Shown here: piece after piece, positions 1 to 10,431 of the stretch
Layout of the letters: each line of letters starts with the position of its first letter
How positions within the stretch are numbered: position 1 is the stretch's first letter
NCBI GenBank assembly: GCA_030704615.1
Contig: CM060732.1
Coordinates: 64,418,001 to 64,482,000, forward strand
Length of the DNA stretch: 64,000 nucleotides
Reading direction: 5' to 3'
Source: Takakia lepidozioides
Taxonomy: Eukaryota > Plantae > Bryophyta
Notes under the pieces: model-generated
What the model was told of the DNA's origin: nothing
Database searches by the model: none
What the model saw: the letters and a program-made list of their open reading frames with translations, nothing else
Made by a program: the position numbers and the translations under genes

Positions 1-160
1 ATCTTCCATCTGGAACATATCCACACATCCGTATATAACTTAAAAAAACAAATGACCATCAAAACTGGAAGCTGGGGATGAGGCTTATAAAAGTTGAGAT
101 GGTCATTTATTTTTTTAAGGATTTCTGCACACATATATGGATCTGTTCCAGGTGGAGAAT
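1..160. repeat. Imperfect foldback (inverted repeat), possibly cut by the window edge
   Basis: ATCTTCCATCTGGAACATATCCA (1-23) pairs imperfectly with TGGATCTGTTCCAGGTGGAGAAT (~138-160). AAATGACCATC pairs with GATGGTCATTT in the interior. Confidence 0.6.
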
Positions 161-239
161 ATTAACATAGTGGATAAAATGGACATGGAGAGGCACCGCA
201 TTACGAGGCAGGAGACACTACAAAAAGAGTTTCAAAGGG

Positions 240-1290
240 CATACCATGTAACAGGTCCCAGTATAATCGAAGACAAAACCCCATTCATTCAATGGGCGAT
301 TGAATGGTTGCCCATCCAAATGATTTTTGTTTGTTTTCAATCTTTGCCACTACGTTCAACATACCATGTATCAGGTCCCGGAAATTCGTTCAATGGGCCA
401 ACGGATGGTTGCCCATCCAAATGATTTTCGTTCGCTTTGAAACTTGGCCAGTGTGTTCAATGTACCCTCTGATACGTCCCAGTGTAATACGAGATCAATC
501 AAAAATCGTTCAATTGTCCAATGAGGCGTTCACTTGTCATCTGGTTTTTTGTTCAATGCGAAAAAAAAATCCTGCAATGCGTGCACGGCTATTGCACCCA
601 TTGAACAGATGTGGTTGAAGCCCCTCTTTTGCCCGCATGTGCTTGAACATGTGTGCAACTCATGTGCGGAGACACAACAGACGAATAAATCATTTGCCTC
701 CCCATCGACGTGCTCCCCCCTCAAGCCATTCCACAATTTAATTTAATTTAATTTAATTTTAAGCCAATAAATAGGTTTGCACTGCCTTTCAGTGGGGGTT
801 TCTGGCACGTATCAGTTCTGTTTTTGGCTCAATTTTGTTCTACGGCTTCTAGCATCCCATGGCTACTTCCCCGCCAAAATTTGGACCAATAAAAAATGCT
901 TTAAAAAAAAAGTGTTCTCTTCGCTCACTATTTGCAGAACTCTCTATGAAGAATGCATGAAATAGAACACAAATCAAGTTTGGAGTGCAAAACAGGGAAG
1001 AAACTGTGGTTTTGGATCCAAATGAATTTTGATCGCTCCCAAATTTGGCACGCACGTTGCATATGGCTACATTACACGCCCCATTCAAAAACGGAATGAA
1101 AAAAAAAAATCGTGAGCACGCAATACACAGTCCAACAGGTCCCAAAGCAATAGCAGCTCCAACAGAATACATTCAACAGGTGAACGGATGGTTGCCCATC
1201 CAAATGATTTTCGTTCGCTTTGAAACTTGGCCAGTGTGTTCAATGTACCCTCTGATATGTCCCAGTGTAATATGAGATCAATCGAAATTA
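240..1290 (+). repeat. ~100-120 bp local repeat, tandem at 240-520 with a dispersed copy at ~1185-1285
   Basis: ATGGTTGCCCATCCAAATGATTTT occurs at ~304, ~405 and ~1188. 401-500 and 1185-1285 are near-identical. Confidence 0.8.
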
Positions 1291-1826
1291 TTTTGTGCTT
1301 TGAGAACTTTGTGGGTATGTTCGTAGAAAGATCATAGATTTTGCGAAATAATTATGAAATACGCAGGGACCAGGCGAAATTTGTTTGGAAGAGAACCGTT
1401 TGTAACTCGTTATAACTTATTTGTTAACATCAATTTTCCTTGTTCTCCAGCTTTCGGAGTTCATTGCAAATACCCATATACACTTCATGACCAAATATGA
1501 CACCATTGTAAATTTGTTTACAGGGTGAACTACTTCTTCCCCATCACACGAGTGTAAATGTGAAGAAAACGCTGCTCATGTAATTGAAATTGGCAGGTGC
1601 CGCACATATGCATTGTATATTAACAAAATTGGTGATAGACAAACTTGGCGAAATGCCATCACTGTGTTTTCCAACAATATTCAAGGTACAACAAAAATGC
1701 ATATTGTATATGTACTATGCTGCTAGTCATTCAAAGCCTAGTCGTCACTGTCCGAGGATGTGGAATTTGATGTTGTGGCCCAATTTGCATTGCCAATTGC
1801 TAGAGCTTGCGACCGTGATCTCGTGG

Positions 1827-4181
1827 TCAATGAGGGGCCCAATGGCATGTGATCAATTCTGACCTGCATCCGCCTACTTCGCGGTGAAAGTTGATTTTCT
1901 TCTCCACTCTCACGACATGGTGGAGGTGGATCGAGAACAAGTGCTCGGGCTGTATACAAATCGGCAACGAGGCCGTCCACATCCGGCAATACAGCCCCCA
2001 AAACACGATGATAACGGTCTGTCCATAATCGCTCCATTTCTCTACAACTGCCTTGATGGTATTTTTGAAACTTTCCAACTGCTTCTCGCGGGCCCTGTCC
2101 CTAATCATTGTGTCGTTTTGACGATAAGCCGCCTCGTACGCATCATTCATTCGGCGTTGACATATTATAGCATCTTCCAGTTCGGACAGCAACAAATGTC
2201 TCCCAATCGGTTGTCGGTCATACAATTCGTTCTCCTCCGGCACCCATGGAACCGGTGGGAGCCGGATAAACCTGGACCTTCTTTGACTCCAATGCCCTCC
2301 CAGATTGTGGCAAAACTGCTCTCTCTCCCACCAATCTCGAATACCTCCCGCACGTATGGTTATCTCCCAATCAGATGTGACCCAGAAATACTGGGGATCT
2401 TTGATGTATGCCGGGTTTTCGGCATGTATGCCATGCATCTCTTTGTCTGCATCCCATACCAAGTTTTTGCCCCAATGCACACAATTCAGAAATGTGTATG
2501 GTAGCCCATCTAATGGGAGGTTGTGTCGATTGTATTCAAAACCTATGGGCATCCGATCCTCCAAGCCCACCAGCTCATAGAAACGGCGATGGATTGGTGT
2601 ACGGCATTCTGGGCAAGCGCTCGTCCGCAAGGCTTGCGGGATAAGACATGTGAGATGGAATATATGTCCACATGATCCAAGCACATGACATCCCTCTGGG
2701 CCGTATGAATTCCTACGCATCGAACAAACTGTGTCATCTGATATCCATGACGGCAAAACGCCTCGTGGTATCTCCTCCCTCTGGGCCGGTTTGATGTGGC
2801 TGGTCATTTTTGTTGTGGTGTCCTACTCTTCCTCTATCTCCAATTCCCAGTTTATGCTTCTGTTCGACCCTGAAATTCTGTGCTCACATCGATCAAACAT
2901 AGAATCCACATCTGCCCAATTGATATACTCGGCGAACACACTTGATGTGATGCGGAGATCGTTATACCTTTGCATGTTGGCATAAATGTTATCCACGCTA
3001 CGGTTCGACATGCGTGCGACACGTTGCAAGCCTAAACAGTGCCCGCTCTACCCGTGCTTCTCTGGAGGCCAAATGGGTCGCCCATTGTACCCAATTCCTC
3101 CAATCGCCATTCAATGGGACCCATGCCTGAATCTCCAGCGTTTTGGACAAGCGCCATGCAGTTGCCATGACAATGTCCCGCTCCTTTGTAACGCGGTCGA
3201 CATCTAATATCGGGTTCATCTCCGATTGAATGACGACCCTCGAACATTCCCCGATTTCCAGTACTGGTTCTTTTCCTTCCCTTCTTCTCTCATCCGCAAT
3301 TCGTTGTTCCTCAACCATGGTTTCATCGGCCATAGGGTCAAGGACGTCCGTAACTTCCTGAATGATGAGGTCAATACTGCGATCGGGCATCGCAAACTCC
3401 GCGTCCATGTCCACGACGTTTGTTTGATCCTCATTGTGGACAACAGTGCCTTCATTGTTTGGAGGCATGTCTTGCCATGTAGCTTCCAACTCGGCTATGC
3501 GCAGTGTTTGTCAGTCTAGTCGGTCCTGCAGGGTCCTGATTCGCTGGTCTCTTTCCGCCAGTTGTTCCTCTAACGTTGCAGCCGGTTGTATTCCGAACGT
3601 GTCCGGGATGTACTCCAAATCGTATAGCAACCTTGCGTTCCTCCTACTAGCAGTTTGTCAATTCACTGGACGCAAGAGTATGACCTCCACGTACAACATG
3701 GCTGCCAAGGTGTACGGGATTTGACCCTTTAAGAGAGGTTAACCCCACAATGTGCAATGCACCTCATTCGCCCTATGTTGGAAATGCAAGTTCGTGCAAG
3801 ACTTGGACTCTGCGTAATTGTTTCGGGTTTGCACGTCATGCCTATCCAAAGGCCACAATCGATTGATGTGGTACCATTTCATGAATTTTTTGCATCTCGC
3901 CATCGGCCACCAGAATTCTTCCGGAACATCCTCCCAGCCCTCTTCTGCTAGTATGCTAGGGTCACCAAATATTTCCCACCATCTGCTTAAATCCCCCCAC
4001 CAAACTGTTCATGTCCTCCTGTTTGGTGCAGAAGCAACTTACCATGCATGCAAGGCAGGCGGAAGAAGCCTTTTTGGCATGGAGGGTGATTCTGACCTCC
4101 ACTTTTGATTTTCTTAGGGGGCGGTCCATGTTCATTGGGGTCATCTCTTCCATGACGGTCATCGTCCTGGCCCTCTGCCAT
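1827..4181 (-). pseudogene. Disrupted long gene with a RING-H2 finger (putative E3 ligase) in its 3' part
   Basis: ORF 1827-2807 reads CSMR...CGHIFHLTC...CPECR (RING-H2 with the second Cys changed to Arg). Upstream minus-strand ORFs (2823-3029, 2998-3489, ~3500-4181) can be joined through frameshifts and stops; the joining is inferred. Confidence 0.7.
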
Positions 4182-4467
4182 TCTACAACAATCGGAGCAA
4201 CACTAAATGAGTTTTTCTAAAAAGACGTAACTCTAAACCCTTCCCCCGTTAAGTAGGTTTGAGTAGGTGTCAAAATACTTCCTAAAAGCTAATTTTGTAG
4301 AATAAAATGATCCTGGAAGCCAGACGAGGGCCTATGGGAGCATTTTGCAATGACCTCACAGAAATCACAGCAAAAAATACCCCCCACCCAACCAATGGCC
4401 TCCTTCTCCACGTGACTACGTGTCGTGGAATAATGAAATGCCACGCACACAGAAGTTGTGTGGAGAG

Positions 4468-4525
4468 GAAGTGAGGGAAGAATAAGCCTCCCTTGGCTTA
4501 TATCCCCCCCGCCCTCATTTCTCGG
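4468..4525 (-). promoter_or_regulatory. TATA + initiator-like core promoter module upstream of the RING gene
   Basis: The minus strand reads G-run-GATATAAG...ATTCTTCCCTCACTTC (YTCANTYY Inr-like, ~28 nt after TATA). The module repeats at 6053-6120 and 6298-6362. Confidence 0.5.
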
Positions 4526-4550
4526 GCCACATGGAGGGCGAATCTTTTCG

Positions 4551-6020
4551 AAACGACCGCTTATTTGGCAGTCGCTCGATTTTCCAGATAAAAAAAAAAA
4601 AAGCAACCGCCATAACTGGCGGTCGCTCCATTTTCCGGGGAAAAAAAAAAAACGACCGCCAGAACAGGCGGTCGCTCTATTTTCCGGAAATAAATAAATA
4701 AAACGACCGCCAACATAGGCGGTCGGTTCATTTTTTGAAAAAATAATAAAAAAATGACAGCCAACATAAGCGGTCGCTTCATTTAAAAAAATAAAATAAA
4801 ATAAGCGACCGCCAGCATTGGCGGTCGCTTTATTTTCAAAACATTTAGAATAAATATGCGACCGCCAACATAGGCGGTCGCTTCATTTAGAAATTTTTTA
4901 AATAAATAAGCTACCGCCAACATAGGCGGTCGCTTCATTTTCAAAAAATTAAAATAAATAAGCGACCGCCAGCATAGGCGGTTGCTTCATTTTTTTTAAA
5001 CTTAGAAAAAATAAGCGACCGCCAACATAGGCGGTCGCTTCATTTAAAAAATAAAAATAAAAATAAGGGGCCGCCAGCGTAGGCGGTCGCTTCATTTTCA
5101 AAATATTTAAAATAAATAAACAACCGCCAGCATAGGCGGTCGCTTCATTTTCAAAAACTTTAAAAAAAAAAAACGACCGCCAACATAGGCGGTGGCTTCA
5201 TTTAAAAAAATAAAAAAATAAAAAAGCGACCGCCAGCATAGGCGGTGGCTTCATTTTCAAAACATTTAAAATAAATCAGCGACCGCCAACATAGGCGGTC
5301 GCTTCATTTTAAAAAACTTTAAAATAAATAAGCGACCGCCAACATAGGCGGTCGCTCCATTTTCAAAACATTTAAAATAAATAAGCGACCGCCAACATAG
5401 GGGGTCGCTTCATTTTCAAAAACTTTAAAATAAATAAGCGACCGCCAACATAGGCGGTCGCTTCATTAAAAAACAATTTAAAATAAATAAGCGACCGCCA
5501 ACATAGGCGGTCACTTTATTTTCAAAACATTTAAAATAAATAAGCGACCGCCAACATAGGCGGTCGCTTCAATTTCAAAAATTTAAAAATAAATTAGCTA
5601 CCGCCAACATAGGCGGTCGCTTCATTTAGAAAAAAATTAAAATAAATAAGCTACCGCCGGCATAGGCGGCCGCTTCATTTTGAAAACATTTAAAATAAAT
5701 AAGCGACCGCCGGCATAGGCGGTCGCTTCATTTTGAAAACATTTAAAATAAATAAGCGACCGCCAGCATAGGCGGTCGCTTCATTTTCAAAACATTTTAA
5801 ATAAATACGCGACCGCCAGCTTAGGCGGTCGCTTCATTTTCAAAACATTTAAAATAAATAAGCGACCGCCAGCATAGGCGGTCGCTTCATTTTGAAAACA
5901 TTTAAAATAAATAAGCGACTGCCAGCATAGGCGGTCGCTTCATTTCCAAAATAATTAAAATAAAAGCGACCGCCAGTAATGGCGGTCGCTGTATCTTAAG
6001 AAATAACCACAGCGACCGTT
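4551..6020. repeat. Tandem array of ~28 palindromes (AA)GCGACCGCC-N6-GGCGGTCGC(TT) with A/T-tract spacers, period ~53 bp
   Basis: Read directly, e.g. sites at 5279, 5332 and 5385. Spacers resemble CATTTTCAAAACATTTAAAATAAAT. Confidence 0.95.
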
Positions 6021-6052
6021 AGACATTTGTAAAAACAAAAACTGCCAATCAT

Positions 6053-6415
6053 GGAAGTGAGGGGAGAATGACTGGGGGTTTATATGCCCCCCCCCCCCCC
6101 CCCCCCCTCATTCCTCGCTCCACGCGCAGGGCAGACCTCGTAGAAGCGACCGCCACCATGGCGGTCGCTCCATTTTTTTTTAAAAAAAAACGACCGCCAC
6201 AAATGGCGGTCGCTCCATTTCGCCAAAAAAAAAGAAAAAAAACGACTGTCAGTAATGGCGGTCGCTGCATTTATAAAAACAATAAAAAACTTCAAGCGAA
6301 GTGAGGGGAGAATGTCCCAGAGCTTATATGCTCCCCTCCCCCCCCCGCCTCACTCCTCGCTCTATGTGCATGTCACACTTCGTAGAAGCGACCGCCACCT
6401 TGGCGATCGCTCCAT
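6053..6415 (-). promoter_or_regulatory. Two further copies of the TATA/Inr module, each with 1-3 adjacent palindromes
   Basis: GAAGTGAGGGGAGAAT...TTATATG-C-run-CTCA.TCCTCGCTC at ~6054 and ~6298, followed by GCGACCGCC..GGCGGTCGC sites. Confidence 0.55.
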
Positions 6416-7114
6416 TTAAATAAAAATGAATGCACAGTTGGAAGCATGACACAATTGTTCTCCATTCCACATGCAAATCACCGAACACAAACATGAGCAA
6501 GTGACGGTGCCTTTGGCCGACATTTTGGCTGGTATACACATGGGCAACATCTTTTATTTTCCAACACATACACATAGAATGGTTCATGTGATACATTTTC
6601 ACAAATGCGATGTGATACATTTGTGAAATGGTATCACATCAACCGGTTAATGTGGCCAATGCATGTCTTCCGCACCATAGCGGAAATGTTCGCCACTTGA
6701 AAACACAAACACAAATAATCCGTGCAAACAATATCAAAAATCACATGTACTGCAAGGTGTTTCATACTGCCGATGTTCATGTAGCAGAATTATTTAGGAA
6801 TCGTTTTGCTATTCCCATGCCAACAACATCAGGTCCACTGCAACTGCCATATTCCGAATTCTGTATCAGCCACCACGGATATGAAACCAGGAACTTCGCA
6901 CAAAATCTTCAATTCATTCAATTTATGGTGGGCCATGGCTGCAGCCTGCAAGCTGGCCGGGGTGGCTGATACGTCCGTTTGAACATGACAATCTCAAAGG
7001 ACGTTGGCATGGGAATAGCAAAAAGAGTACTACAGAATTCAGCTAGAGGAACAACAATAGCATGAAACACCTTACCGTAAATATGATTGTTGACATTGGT
7101 TGTGATAGCTCCAA

Positions 7115-7570
7115 TCAATAGAGAACTTGCACCATCAGTTGCGCTCCAACAACAGTATCGGTCCCCCGAGTAAATAAAATTCCGTTGTAAATAATAAATT
7201 GCATACGCTCGAACCTCACAAATGTCATTTCAACAAAACCGGCCGTATATTGTGGCATTGTTTGTAACTGCGAATGTTTCAATGTTTCTGACAGGGTACT
7301 GAGAAAATGATATATTGGATCCATAGGAGTTGGACAACAAACGTTCCATATCTCATTCAACTGTGCGATACTACCATGAGTGGCATAGATAAAAAAAGTA
7401 ATAGGTGTACATGCGACCTCCGTACGTTTAAGTAGAGACCTAATATTAAACGTTCGGAGGTCACATGTGCAACTTTCCGATCCATGCCTCTCATGGTAGT
7501 GTCGCACAGCTGAATGAGAGGAGACGTTTGTTGTCTAACTTCTACGGAACTAATACATCGTTTTCTCATA
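7115..7570 (-). pseudogene. Possible decayed ORF of unknown function within the element
   Basis: 130-aa ORF between the kinase and the arrays. No recognisable motif. Confidence 0.25.
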
Positions 7571-7780
7571 ACCCTATCCGAAACCTTGGAACATTACAAA
7601 TATAAACAGTGAGCAAGTACACAAACCATTTATGTTGCGATGGCAGGTGCCAGGGTCGAGCATATGCAATGTAATATTTACAATGGGACTTTATTTATTA
7701 CATGCACGATCAAAATTGAGTTATGTCTTCATAAAAGTACCATTGTACCGCCAGAAATGTCATATCTACGAGACAATGGT

Positions 7781-9243
7781 CTACTCCGTCCTATATATGT
7801 CTTTCGGCTCAGGCCAATTGAATGGCTTGCCTATGAACCGAAGTACTACATGGGCTAATGTGACTCTCTCATTCTTGTTGTTGTCGTACAACCTTTGTAG
7901 CATTGAATGCCAACAACCTCCCGTAAATTGGTCCTGAAACATACTTTGATCATAATGAACACCGCCATTTATTCGTACCGCTATCTTCCCAACGGCAAAG
8001 GCCTCCGACGTCATGTCCTGGGGGGGGGGGGGGGGGCATTCGCATTGAAAACCGATGCAATATCTTTTTCCACCCACCATCTTTTCGCGAGTTCCCGATC
8101 CAGCTTGTCTTGGTTTTCAAACTGGTACGGCGAGGCTTTGCGTATGCCCAATGGGATGGCTAAGCCCTAATCACACACCCCAATCTTGATCTCATCGGTG
8201 CCATCTGGAAAATGCATCAAGATGTTGTCGGAGGACAAGTCGTTGTGCAGGACACCGTTCTTGTGGACAGCATCCATGATGCACACCAGTGCCCGTGCAA
8301 GTTTGCTGCGCACTTTCCGGAAACGAAGCAAGCGATTGCATTCCTGGAACTCTGCTTTCGTTCCCCTTTGTTCCAAAATCACCCTGTTGTCCGAATCGTT
8401 GCCCCATTTTCTATCAAGGTTCATCATGTAGCGTATTGTCCCCCCATTCCACCAGCGAGTGTAACCCTCTACCTCACGTGCATTCACAGCAAAATACGAG
8501 ATAACACCCGGATGCTGGAACTTCATTGCCAAACACTCGTCGTTGTGTTGTCTCAACGCATTTTCTGGATTTTTTGATTTGGGTTTTTTTCCCGCTAGCT
8601 CCCAACGCTCCGGTATTCTAGAATCGCCAACAATCCTACAGTGACGGACCTTAGCATATCCTCCTTCTTTGTAAGGGCCAATCTCTACCACCTTCGCACT
8701 AGAGTTCAGGTAATAAAGACTAGTTGTGCTTCCCCCGCCCGATGACCCCGTCTTCCAAGGGACAACCCTAATTCGGCGATGTGAATTCTGACTTGCCGAG
8801 CGAGCCCAATACTCAACACGCCGCATTAACTCGGTTTCGGCGGAGGGTACTCGACCCTCGGTTGTTCTACCCTTCCATGTCTTCATGAGCTGCCTCAAAT
8901 TCCACGTGGCGTCTTTCGCCCTGCTTTGGATCCACCGATTGAACTTCAGCTTGTCCCTGTCCGCCGTCCACTTAGCCACCGCCAAAGCATTTGTCATTTT
9001 CCTCTCCATATTTTGCTGGAAAATCTGAAACCCCTCCCATCCATGCCTAACATAAGCACTCTCCAGCCTCATCATGTCCCTACCCTTGAAATAATCCGCT
9101 ACCACTTCTTTCATCCTATCCAAGGCATCCGGTCCCGGGTAGTCTGGCTTGTTGACCTGGCTATCCCGTTCCTGGGCACGTTTTCTCTTCCTCCGCCCCC
9201 CAGACGATCCCGCCCCAGAACTTGAATTCACAACCCCCGACAT
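7781..9243 (-). pseudogene. Protein kinase (HND/DWG type) with a basic NLS-like N-terminus; one premature stop and one homopolymer frameshift
   Basis: Gly-loop KEGGYAKV, LAGKK, alphaC Glu, HNDLSSDN, then CD*G (probably TGG to TAG at 8167-8169). The frame continues RWWVEKD and shifts in a G17 run (8020-8036) into SEAFAVGK of ORF 7781-8080. Confidence 0.85.
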
Positions 9244-9822
9244 TGTATAAACATTTGCCCACTACAGGATCCAAAACCTCAGAAAAATGGCAATAAACGT
9301 GTGCGGATAGTGTCTTCGTAGTTTTCTGCAAAAAAACAGGCCGCCGGAGATCTGGAAACGGCAAAATGGTGATACGATGATTGTACCGTGAACAAGTGTG
9401 TAGGATTGACCAATAGTAAACCGACAAAACCTCCCCCCCCAAATAATCACCTTTGCACCTCCCGTTGGCAGTGCCAAGCAACAAAGTCAGAAAGGACTAC
9501 AGGATGCCAATGAACCACACCACAAGATGGGCAAAAGTGATCAAAAAAAAGAGGGGGGAATGGTTTATATAGGCGCCCACCAGCCCCCCCCCAAAAAAAT
9601 GGCATTATGCTTGAAAAGGCGCGACAAGCCAGTGGCGCCTCGCCACGCGCATCCACATGGGAGAGGTCAAGGGTTCAAAATCACCTCCCATCCCATTTGT
9701 TTCGTTTTTCCTGACCCGTGGCACCTCACCACGTGGCTGGCCGAGGTGCCGCTTCATGATTAAAAATAAAAAACAAAACGCCACACGGCGGGTCCCTAGA
9801 TTTCTAAGGGAAAAAAAAACAC

Positions 9823-10230
9823 GCGACCGCTTATTTTAAAATGTAATAAAATACAAGCGACCGCCAATATGGGCGGTCGCTTCATTTAAAAATAAATAAA
9901 TTACGGACGACCGCCAATATGGGCGGTCGCTTCATTTATAAATAAATAAATTACGGGCGACCACCAATATGGGAGGTCGCTTCATTTAAAAATAAATAAA
10001 TTACGGGCGACCGCCAATATGGGCAGTCGTTTCATTTAAAAATAAATAAATTACAGGCGACCGCCACTATGGGCGGTCGCTTCATTTATAAATAAATAAA
10101 TTACCGGCGACCGACAATACTGGCGGTCGCTTAATTTAACAAAATATTAAATTACAAGCGACCGCCAATATGGGTAGTCGCTTTTATTAAAAATAATAAA
10201 TTATATGCGACCGCCAATATAGGCGGACTC
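9823..10230. repeat. Second array of 8 GCGACCGCC-AATATG-GGCGGTCGC palindromes, period 50 bp
   Basis: Sites at 9857, 9907, 9957, 10007, 10057, 10107, 10158 and 10207. Confidence 0.95.
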
Positions 10231-10431
10231 GTTTTTTTTTAAAGAATTAATAAATATTAGTAATTGGCCACGTCTGTTTTACACCGTGGCTGCCATGTCA
10301 TTACAAAGGGTAGAAGTAAATCGTAAAAGTCAAATGTAAAAAAATTACGTTGGTAAACGTCCGTGATGTGACGCACGTCGGACGTGACGGCCGACGTGTC
10401 AGCGCCATGTCACATCATGAATGATAACTAG

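Larger units (their letters stand above)
1..10431 (-). mobile_element. Large multi-gene putative mobile element carrying RING and kinase genes and palindrome arrays; left end outside the window or unresolved
   Basis: Several decayed, apparently intronless minus-strand genes interleaved with arrays of one palindrome family. The right end is a hairpin plus CTAG that abuts a truncated Gypsy element. No transposase is visible in this part. Confidence 0.55.

Noticed and set aside
1884-2504. Long antisense ORFs (also 11103-11672, 19626-20291, 27862-28455, 45368-46006)
   Set aside because: These are shadow frames opposite recognisable or more plausible coding sequence.
4551-6020. CRISPR-like repeat-spacer array
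   Set aside because: The spacers are near-identical A/T tracts rather than unique sequences, there are no cas genes, and the context is eukaryotic.
10360-10431. Canonical Helitron 3' end
   Set aside because: CTAG is followed by G rather than T, and no Rep/helicase motifs occur in the window. Kept only as an unexplained terminus.
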